Shown here: one piece after another, positions 51,010 to 61,256 of the stretch
Position numbering within the stretch: position 1 is the stretch's first letter
Layout of the letters: each line of letters begins with the position of its first letter
NCBI GenBank assembly: GCA_965644295.1
Contig: CBFFRP010000405.1
Span: 1 to 64,000, forward strand
Length of the DNA: 64,000 nt
From: Paraphysomonas bandaiensis
Lineage: Eukaryota > Protista > Chrysophyceae
Direction: 5' to 3'
Notes under the pieces: model-generated
What the model saw: only the letters and a program-made list of their open reading frames with translations
Database searches by the model: none
What the model was told of the DNA's origin: nothing
Translations under genes and position numbers: made by a program

Positions 51010-51682
51010 TAGCAAGCTACCTCAACTGTAATACAGTACCACTATCCCCGACAGTATCCGAGAAATCGGTAATGTCTGGAACAAGTCATACACAAATGAC
51101 CGAAACAGAGCGAAAGGAAAAAACAAGGGATCGAGGCCACCACAAAAGCAAAATCTACCGACTGCAACCACGATCAGGACAGCATCGCCCACATAGTCTT
51201 CATCGACCAACACATTATTGCATATGTTAGAGAACCACATACACCGTGCGTCATTGGACACTGCACTGAAAACCAAAGTCCCTCATCTGTGCTTCTACAC
51301 TCTGCTCTCATTAAGATTTCCAATGCAGCTTGGAATTCAACCAAAACCCAAGTTGAGAGATACTGGACAAGCAATGCCACAGTCGCACAACTAGCGAATG
51401 CTTTCGGACATCACATATCCACTGTCATACAGCCCCAGGAGTTTTACCAGCTTGAAAAAAACAATTGTAAAAATACTTCGCCCTTTATACAACGGAGGGC
51501 TCCGCATGCTTAAAGACAGAGATTGGCGCCGTATACAACCCCTCACTTCCAGCACGCAGATGATAACGCACTCTACCAACTTAAACCGCTGCGATCCTAC
51601 GTCCACCACACTCAACTCGCCAATATTAACTCTTTTCGAGTATCCTCAACCCACAGGCGACCTCGCGCAAGGCTACTGTTAA
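51010..51682 (+). pseudogene. Possible degraded 3' fragment of a LINE
   Basis: C/A-rich strand bias like the LINE sense strand. Broken frames with NRAK and YWTSN..IVKILRPL segments are reminiscent of LINE C-termini. No diagnostic motif is intact. Confidence 0.3.
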
Positions 51683-52530
51683 ATTAAATTTTAGCGGCTT
51701 TTATGAAATATATGAGTATTCCTGTAACTAACTTTTAGTAACTGGTAAAAGGATTATCACAGAGAGTCGTGAGGTACTTCCATGAGTAGTGATTGGGAAT
51801 TATGATGGTTCTTAGAAGGCGGCAATTGAAGATCTCGAATGTTAGTCTTCTAATTAATGTAGCATTTCTCTGACTACAGATATAACTGCTGCAGTCATTG
51901 CAGGACTCAACCTCTAGGCGATTTCATAGGACGACGCACCCCCTTCTTCGACGCTGCCCAACATCTCCTCCACCACTCACACGTCTTAGTATTAACGTTC
52001 AATACAAATCTTTCGTCTTCACAGAGAGATCACTCGCCCCCTGTGGCTACGTTACAAACCGGAGTAGCGGGCACCGCATATCAGTGATTGGATCTTCTTC
52101 TGGATATTGTCTTTAACAATTGTGTGTTCGGAGGGAATCCAGTGTGAGAGCCGAGCACCAGTGTCGTGGTTGGTATGTATGCCTGTATATGTGCCACGTA
52201 GAGTCTGCTCTCATGTCCTCATTGAGGTGCCGTCATGACTTGCTTGCTGCCTTGTTTTGTTCTACGCACAGTGGCATCACTCACTGCTGCTGGTGATGTG
52301 TGTGCTGCTGCGGACAACAGTATATAGTATACGGTGTATACTGTTGTGTATTCTATACCAATGTCATACTGCAGGGCATACCATACGCAGAGTAGCTATA
52401 TGCAGTGAAGACACAGTCTCTACACAGATAGACAGATGCGGAATATCACTTTGAGTATCTTGCGCATTGAAGGGCAGCAACTGTTCGCCCTGTAAATACT
52501 TTCTCTCGTCGTTCCATAACTCCCCTCCAC

Positions 52531-53664
52531 ATGCTGCTGTTTAAATGCTTTTGTGCCATCTTGATATTCTATGCTGGTTTTATTTCAGCTGACCACTATG
52601 ATGTGGTGTCGTTTGAGTTAGATGATAGTTTAATTTCAGCTTACTTTGAAGGATATGAATCAGCAACATTTACGCTGTCGTCATCTGGGACGGTTGATTT
52701 TTGGATCACAGATGAGGATGGATACAATGATTGGAAAGATGACAAGACTCCAGCGACAGCGAGAATGTACAAGGACACTTATTGTAACGACTGCAACAGT
52801 TTTGAAACTACATTCACACTTCCTAGCAGCACTTTAAGATATTATTTTATCGTCAGCGCTATTTTTCCATCTCACGAGGCATCTGGGACTCTGACACTGA
52901 ATTATATCGGCAGTGGCAGTTACTCCGACCCAAAAGTAGAGGATGATGACACACCAAGTTGCTTCTCTGCTGAAGCGAAAGTGCTACATCGGAATGGATC
53001 AGTCATATCTTTGGATTCTATTTCTATTGGTGATGATATTCTTGCTCTCTCACACACAGGCGAGTATCTATACTCTCCTGTGGTACATGTCCCGCACAAA
53101 CGGAATGACGCACATTCTGCACTGTGGCGTCTAGTTACACCTGAGACCTATTCAGATGTGACTCGAGACCATCTTCTGATGAGCTGTGTTTCCTCTGGAA
53201 GTTCATGCAGTGAGTGTCTGGATTTTTCCTGGGGTCATATATTTTTTTCTCCCATTGGCCTACGACGTGCTGAGGACCTTTTTCCTGGCACATGTCTTCT
53301 CCTTCCTCCCTCCGACTTGTCTAGTAAGATTGGTAGGTGGGTTCCAGTGATTGGATCGGGACCAACTCCATCTCCCCGTTCTGAAGGGTTGTACTCGGTG
53401 GTGACGGAGGCCCCCTATCCAGTTGTGAACGGAATCGTCTCATCTCCATTTGGTACATCCCACGCCCTTCCCAACGCGCTCTATTCTGTGCACAGAATTG
53501 CTCACTGGTTTGGAATTAATGAACAACCATCCGTCAGAGCTGCTCTTGAGCTTATGAATTCCGAAGCTGAGAGGGTTATATCGTTACCGATACTTCAGGC
53601 ACTTTACAAACCATTTTTTACCACTGCGAGTTCCATTTTTACCAGCAAGATATTGGACTTGTAG
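52531..53664 (+). CDS. Secreted Hog (Hint plus sterol-recognition-like region) autoprocessing protein; intronless
   Basis: Signal peptide, then SCFSAEAKV..ISIGDDILA..YSPVV, VTRDHLL (TxxH), RAEDL.PG, GLYSVVT..VVNGIVSSPF and HALPNALYSVHR. Confidence 0.9.
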   Translation: MLLFKCFCAILIFYAGFISADHYDVVSFELDDSLISAYFEGYESATFTLSSSGTVDFWITDEDGYNDWKDDKTPATARMYKDTYCNDCNSFETTFTLPSSTLRYYFIVSAIFPSHEASGTLTLNYIGSGSYSDPKVEDDDTPSCFSAEAKVLHRNGSVISLDSISIGDDILALSHTGEYLYSPVVHVPHKRNDAHSALWRLVTPETYSDVTRDHLLMSCVSSGSSCSECLDFSWGHIFFSPIGLRRAEDLFPGTCLLLPPSDLSSKIGRWVPVIGSGPTPSPRSEGLYSVVTEAPYPVVNGIVSSPFGTSHALPNALYSVHRIAHWFGINEQPSVRAALELMNSEAERVISLPILQALYKPFFTTASSIFTSKILDL

Positions 53665-54995
53665 GTCAAGATATTGGATATATTTCTGTTTATGCGGTGT
53701 TCTGAGTGGGAAGCAATCAGTTGAGCTACTATTGTTTGTTATATACCTCAGCGTTAGTTTTTTAACTTTAATTGTATATGATGTGTTTGGATACACCAAT
53801 TGCCATTAAGCCTGTTCCTATTTATCATCGACACTACTTCAGTTGATTATAACACAGACATAATATTAAAACCATCAACAAAATTGTTCCTGTATATGCG
53901 CATGCTAATTTTATGCAACATAGACACAAATCAGAAATCAATAATCTAAATATACCAATATACTGAGCACTGCACATTTTCTTATCTTTAAGTAGACATC
54001 ATCTATATATCTATATCCATGCATTCAATACCTTCTATTCTCCCTGAATTATAGTATCTGAATGATAGTTTCATTTATGTTTTACTGAATGGTTTCTTGT
54101 TATTGCCATTTTCTCACTAATACTACTTATCAACATATATCAGATTGCAGAGTTCAGAGCATGCTGGCGTAACAATTAATTGCCAACATTAACCAATAAT
54201 AACAATTGAAATTATCACTTTTAAAACCAATTAATTGCTATGCAGGCCTGGTTCAGAGTGTAACCAAAACTAGAACTAATTCTTGCTTGCTGAAACCTAC
54301 TTTTCTTAGATCTTGTAACTATTCCCATGTAACGCCATCAAGGCACCACCATCAAAACTAACGACATATCCACACATACAGCTCAAAAAGTAGCACGCTC
54401 AATGTGGAATATTAATTGATAACTACAATAATAGATATGTGATCGTAATATGCAGATAGCCACTACAGAAATAGGAGTGCAGCATTTCATTCCAGATAAT
54501 ATAAGTGCATACGTATGACTACACTAACCTGTACGGGCAGCCCCGACTGTGCTGTGCTGTCAATTGAAGAGAGGTGATGCTGCTCTTCGGAAATAGAGCA
54601 TCACATCGGAGTATAACTGCAGCACACCATCAGCGTAATGGGGCAGCGAGAGTAGGGTCCAAGATTGATCATAGGCAGATCTATCATACTCATACCCTCA
54701 AACTATGTGGGACAGAACTGTCCTGTACATGACAGTGCTGCTCTGGACACACACAAAGCAGCAGTGCTGTGAAGAAGTGGGATTTTTTCGAGAAAATAAA
54801 GAAAAGGGAGTTTTTATACACTCGTGTGTCGTAAAAACAAGAGATGAATTTCGAATATGCTTTCACATGATCGGCTCGACTCTCACACCAAAGCGTGTCG
54901 TCTTTACCAGTGTTGGAGATCTCTTATATCAGTAAATTGAAGTATCGAACGTGTAGGTGTACAAAGCAGTCTTTGGTCTAACTGATTTTCTTGAA

Positions 54996-56346
54996 ATGAA
55001 CGGTAGCGCTGTGTTTGTCGACCTCACAGATTCTACCAGCAGTGTGGCAGACAGAGTGTTCGTAGGGGACTCTTCGAATGATGTTGTTGTTATAGATGAT
55101 GTGTTATTTGATGACGATGTTTCCAGTGATGCTGTTATGTTAAAGAACACGGATTCGAAGGTGCCCAACATTCAAGTTGAGCCTGGTGGACGTGCTGATA
55201 TTTTAATTCTGTCTGACTCAGAGCCTGAGACCGACAAAATAAATAGAGACAATAGAGATAATGATGACGATGTTATGTGTATTGGGGTAGGTAGTGACTT
55301 GGGAGATACCCTAAAGGGGATGGGATTTGGTGATGAAGACATTTCGTATGCATTGAAAAGATGTCGCAGTGTGAACGCCGCCGTCAAGCTTTTGCTGAGT
55401 TCACCTGATTCACCTGAAATGGAACGGGTGTTTAAGTGCCCTATATGCTTATGCGAGCACTGTGTATCAGATATGGTCACACTGTCCTGTTTACATCGGC
55501 TATGCACAGAATGTTTCGCTGGCTATTGTGGTTCCAAGATATTGGAAGGAGAAGTACGACAGTCAGAACTGTGCTGTCCTTGTGACATGGCTAGTACAAC
55601 GCCATCACCCAGCGGTATATGTGGACAGCCTATTACAATCCATGAGATCAAGGCTCACGTTTCGACTGACGTTTTTTCAAGGTATGAGACGTTTCTAACA
55701 CGGACAGTTTGTGAGGATGAGCAATGGCGAAGCTGTCCCAAGTGCAACGACTGGTATGTGGACATTGCTTCAGGTGGAGGTCTACTGGACGAGTCAATAT
55801 GGAGGAAAGTTGAATGCGGGAAATGTAATCATTTTTTCTGTGGTAAATGTGGACTTGTGCCACATAAAGGTCAGCCAGATCAGGTGAGTTAGAGTAACAT
55901 TTTTTGTATTGCATGATTCATTTGATATCCTACAGGATATATCGTGCGAAGCCATGTCTGCGTGGATACAGGCCAATGAGATGGGTGATGGGTCTCTGCA
56001 GGAGTACATGACGTCTCACAATCTCTTTCCCTGTCCGCACTGCGGCATGCCTGGAGAGCTCTCGCAAGGATGCAAGTTCCTGCATTGCCGGTGCAAGGGG
56101 AGGTACTGCGCGCTGTGCGGTTGTGCTCTCAGTGCTAAACAGCACTTCTCTCACTTTCAAGGAGCTCCTGGGTGCACTGGACCTTTCGGCAATAAATGCA
56201 AAGGTGTTACGGATGCATCGAAAGTATCTCAAAGGTCTCAGCAGCAGAGTACCTTGAATCAAGTGAAGCCAAAGCATATCAATGCTAACGTAGCGCCACG
56301 ATTGCCTCAACCTCCTCAAAGGAAGAGAAAGTTTCAGAATAAATAA
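54996..56346 (+). CDS. RBR (RING1-IBR-RING2) E3 ubiquitin ligase with UBA and N-terminal SIM-like motifs; one intron ~55884-55935
   Basis: UBA: LKGMGFGDEDISYALKRC..VNAAVKLL. RING1: CPICLC..CLHRLC.EC. IBR: CPKC..C.KC.HFFCGKC..PH...SC. RING2: CPHC..ELSQGCKFLHCRC...YCALC. Confidence 0.9.
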
Positions 56347-57908
56347 TAGCATTCAGTCTGTATGTATACCTCACATCGATTATATTACTGTATATGGAGA
56401 ATTTGTTGTTTCACGGCTTGTGTTTCTATTGTCCTTTACGTGTTACCTATGTTGAATATTGAATAGTCTATGAAAATGTGTGATATTCTAGTATATACAT
56501 AGCTTAAAAATTAGAGTAAGCAGAATCTTTGTACCAATATTTACTCAGGTGGCACGTTGCTATGAAATTTGTTTGTTTCATTGCTTATAACTTATAATAA
56601 AGCCAAATAGTACTATACAGCGACACTGACTAGCCCTGATAGAAGATGTGTCATATGTACTACCCACATAGCCAAAGGCCGGATTATTCTAATTATCATG
56701 ATCATTTCAGAATGTTTTATACATGATCAACTACTACAGATATGTTATATGAACTACCTACAACGCAAAAAGCCGTTATATTCTAAATAACTGTTTTCAT
56801 TATAGAATATTTTATGTATGATCAACTACTATCGTGCCGATGAGAACTCTTAAACAATCCAGTCTAAGAACAATTCAGTGACATACATCGCTTTAGTCAG
56901 TCCATCCAATTATCGCGAGAAGAAAAACTGTGTGTGATGCAAAGTTTCTTTCGTGGCACTCGGATCGTTCCTAACTGTACATAACGTATGTACAGCAGTA
57001 GATACAACATGTAGAACAGCGACAGAAAATGTTGCTTGCCCTCGATTTGGGGAACTGATACACGCTCGTGGTGTGTACCTGGTCAACAGGCGTTTCAATG
57101 CATGATCACGGCATAGCTGCCAATTGGCGATGCGTATGCCCTTTCAGCGAATGGAGGCATCAATTTACTGTCCAAATCTAGTCCATTACAAAGTACATGT
57201 TGTTTCATATAGGTGATACATCAGTTGTTTATAGTTTACACGATATGGGTGAGAAGTGGATGTTAATGTGAATTCAACAAAGGTGATGAAGGATGTGGGT
57301 GAGGTGATAGTAAGATATGTGGGTGCCCCTAAGGGCTGTCATCACAAGGCGGTGGTGCAATGCCGAGGACAACGTGCAGGACGTGAGCAAGCTCATCGTG
57401 ATCTGCAAGCTTCAAATATTAGTGAATAACGTACCGCACATTGTGCGGTTATCAGTTATTACACTGATAAGAACAGATACTACACTTGATCTTAGCCAAA
57501 AGGCCGAGAAGAGCATGATCATCTAGGGTGTCGTAGTTATATATATATGTTTATATTTACCCAAAATATTTTTTTTCGAAATGAGGAAGTGTACACACAG
57601 CAGCAGGGACAGAGAAGATCCAGATGGTAGACGAAATGAACCAAATGTACACAATAAAATACGTAAGTATAGTACATATACACAGTCATACATGTCCAGC
57701 AGTGTGTATGTATAGCTGTACTGTATACCTGTATCCTGTACAGTATGTACAGCAGGAGCACGACGTCCTTGTGGCAATTATTCCATAGAGCAGCGACCAA
57801 CTGTGTAGATATGTATGTGGGAGTGCGCTCATAAGATCTTGTATTGCACTACACTGTTCACACTCGCATACCAACAGCCGGGTAATATTAAAGTGTGTTA
57901 GAGCGGAT

Positions 57909-60762
57909 ATGAGTGCAGCGAGAAACAGCCGTCCAGTGAGAAGAAACTCACAGAAGGCGCTGGAAGTGAGTTTATGCCAGGAATACGACGATGGTATATT
58001 TATCCGCGTATTGTGGTGGTGTTGAATTGTAACGGCATGTAATCAGGTCGTTCGTTTGATCCAGCCGCTGTACAGCTCATTACTCAGAGCTGGGTGGAGA
58101 AACACATGAAGAACCAGTTAATTATTTATCTCTTGTCGTGACGCCGATTGTAACATGCATTCTCTCAGGGAAAGTAAATTCACAGAGACCGTGCAAGCGA
58201 AAGTATTCTGCGGAACATGGAACGTGAATTCTAAAGTTCTCAAGGATGAGAGTCTGGTTGAATGGCTCTGCCCTCCGGGATCGGCGAATGTAGACAGCAG
58301 CGGCAATCCGGACGCCGATATATATGTAGTTGGTTTCCAAGAGATGGTTGATCTCACTGTCGTTAATGTGGCTGTGGACAGCAAGAGCCAACAACGATCT
58401 CAATACTGGCAAGAGAAAATTGTCGAATGTCTCAACTCTAAAGGTGGAAGCTACACACAAGTCATGTCGAAGCACTTGGTAGGTCTACTTGTATGTGTAC
58501 TGGTCAAAGATAGTGTGCTTCCACATGTTCGAGATGTCCGTAGCGCTTCTGCAGGCGTTGGAGTCATGGGAATGATGGGAAATAAAGGAGGAGTTAGTGT
58601 CCGTCTAACATTGTATGACAGCTCGATATGTGTCGTTTGCGCACATATGGCCGCCCACCGCGAAAATGTCGCAGGCCGTAATGCTGACTTTCAGAACATA
58701 ATCGAGAAGACCGTATTTGTTCCTGTAGAGAGTACGACGGGAACAAGTACGGCGGCTTTGGAATCTGACGCTGTTCGGGAAGAAAGAGCGCGTAAACTTC
58801 ACTACACGACAGGTCTGTCCCCTCTGGAAGAGCTTACCATCCCGGATCACGACCTTGTCTTTTGGATCGGTGATCTTAACTATCGTATTGATGAGTCTTT
58901 GCCAACGGAAGACGTATTCGCTAAAATAGACTCGGGAGAATGGGGCGCCCTGCGAGATTATGACCAGCTCAATATCGAGCGCCAGAATGGAACCGTTTTT
59001 CAGGGATTTTCTGAAGGGGTTCTCGAATTTCTACCAACCTATAAGTACCAACCTGGCACAAAGGAGTACGAACGACGTGCGGAAAAGAAACTCCGTGCAC
59101 CGGCATGGTGTGATCGCATATTATGGAGAGCCAACACTAGTCTCGACGCTGTCACTCAACTCTCCTACCAACGCGCTGAGCTACTGCCTTCTGACCACAA
59201 ACCTGTGATGGCCGCGTTTCAGTGCAACATCCGCAAGATTGTCAAAGAAAAAGAGAAAGCAGTGTTTCAGGAGCTCATGAGAGAGTTGGATAAGCATGAG
59301 AATGACAGTATACCGCGGGTGTCTGTAGAGGGTGGTGCAGTTTCCTTTGGAACTCTCTTTTTCCAAGTAGGTGGCCATCAACCTATGTCATTGCTGTCGT
59401 TGATATTTCATGTGCTGTGATTAACATTTGATATATTCGTATTAAAGGAGCCCAAAGAAGCCACTGTACGTATTAAGAATGTCGGTATGTCGATTGCACA
59501 CTGGAGATTTGTTCCTAAACTGGAAGAGAAATGGCCTTGCAAGCGCTGGATGGCGATCAGCCCTACTCTGGGTATGCTGTTGCCTGGAGAGGTGAGATAG
59601 TACAGACTCTCTATTGGTGTCATTGATATCACTGTTGCGTCTTTTATGTACAGGAAGTGGAGGTTGTACTTGCTGCCACCATTGACGCAGTGACTGCAGA
59701 TGCAGTCAACAATGCTCGAGAGGTTGTTTTTGCTTTTTATGTATGTCATTGGATCTAACTTATACGATAGATGCTTGATGATATCATGGTGCTTCGGGTT
59801 GAGAACGGTCAGGATTTCTATATTACTGTTAAGGCTAATTTCGCTAGATCTTGTTTCGGTATGACTTGTACTGCGTCGCTGATCTCTTCTAATGAGTGGT
59901 ATATTAGGCATGTCTCTGGAGCAGCTGGTGTGTGCTCTGGAACCTGTGAGAAATATTCCTGCCCCTGCGGTAGACGCTTCCCAGACATACGATCCCACAT
60001 CCACCCAACCCCTGAAACAGCAGCTGAGTATTCCCAAAGAATTATGGAGGTTAGTTGATGCTCTCTGGCAAGGGGGAGGGATGAGAGAGAAAGACCTTTT
60101 TGCCTCGAGTGCAGAGCCTGGAGAGGTATTCACGAAAGTGTCATTCTCCATTACTACTGTCAGCTAAAGTTTTGCTCAGGTAGCGAAGATCAGGGAGTGC
60201 CTCGACACTGGAGTGGACTTTCCCCCTTGTAGCCCCCACTCCATCGCAGATGCTCTTGTAACTTTGATATCATCCCTTCCGCAACCATTGCTTCCTCCAG
60301 ACCTCTACCCAACAGCTGTAATATATACAATAGTGTATGTATATGAAGTAATTTTTTATGCAGAATGACGTGGAGCCTAATAACATTCGGGCGTGGAGCA
60401 GACATTTCTTGGAGCAACTGCCTCCAATAAATTACAATGTGTTTGTGTATTTGCTCTCCTTTCAAAGAGAGCTGCTCGCGCTGCGAGAATTCAACAGGTA
60501 GTACATATGATATGTGAGCAGCTGCATCTTACCACGTATTGTCAGATTGACTGCCGTGAAGCTGTCAGCTCTCAATGTTGCATGCATGACACCGAACAAT
60601 GTACCATCGGCTGAGAACTTACGGGATGAGCGCATTGTCGGTGATCCAGATAATGCCGCCAATGTGTACAATCAGTATCAAGGTTCAGAATCTAAGATAT
60701 TAGCGGGTCAACAGGCTTTGCATGTTGTGATGGTACATTTTTTAACATCATCTGCTATTTAA
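57909..60762 (+). CDS. Inositol polyphosphate 5-phosphatase INPP5B/OCRL-like (5-phosphatase, ASH, RhoGAP-like); multi-exon
   Basis: GTWNVN, YVVGFQEMV, GNKGGV, FWIGDLNYRI, PTYKY, PAWCDRILW, SDHKPV. ASH: WRFVPK..LDDIMVLRVENGQDFYITV. RhoGAP-like: IPKELWRLVDAL. Confidence 0.95.
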
Positions 60763-61256
60763 GGTTATATCTGTTATTTCCGTAGTAATTATTATCTCAG
60801 TGATGTATTATTAATCAATAATCATTATTAGAAAAATTAAACTTAATATGTGTTCCAGCTTCAACTTATATTTTCAAGTTTACATTGAGATTGCGAGATG
60901 TATAAATATAGCCATGATAATGGACCATCCTGGAGCTTGAGGATGACAGGATTCATTGATAACTCCCAGTTTTTATGATGGTCGCGTCGATTAGACAGAA
61001 TAACTAATGTAAATATTGATTTGGTCGGAAAACAGTCAGCAGATATGCATATGCACAACCGCAAAGCCTGGTAAGACCCGACCCCCGAGTTGCCCTGTTT
61101 ATCCGTCAAGGCACAAAAAACATATCCACATTTCTTACACTGCACAACAAGTGCTTAGCTGTGAGAACAGCAATTTTTGCAGACAACAAAACGCTGCTAA
61201 TTTTTTGTTATCGTTTGCAAAGGAAATCTCTTGTGTACTTATCATTCATAATACCA

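Larger units (their letters stand above)
50870..54250. mobile_element. Pair of hAT-like imperfect terminal inverted repeats with CAATTAATTG subterminal motifs; no TSD found
   Basis: Left 50870 reads cagggctgcgtatcaattaattg. The reverse complement of 54228-54250 reads caggcctgcatagcaattaattg (20/23 match). The flanking 8-mers cccgacag and gttcagag do not match. Confidence 0.45.

Noticed and set aside
56900-57530. Short ORFs upstream of INPP5B
   Set aside because: No motifs or consistent exon structure.
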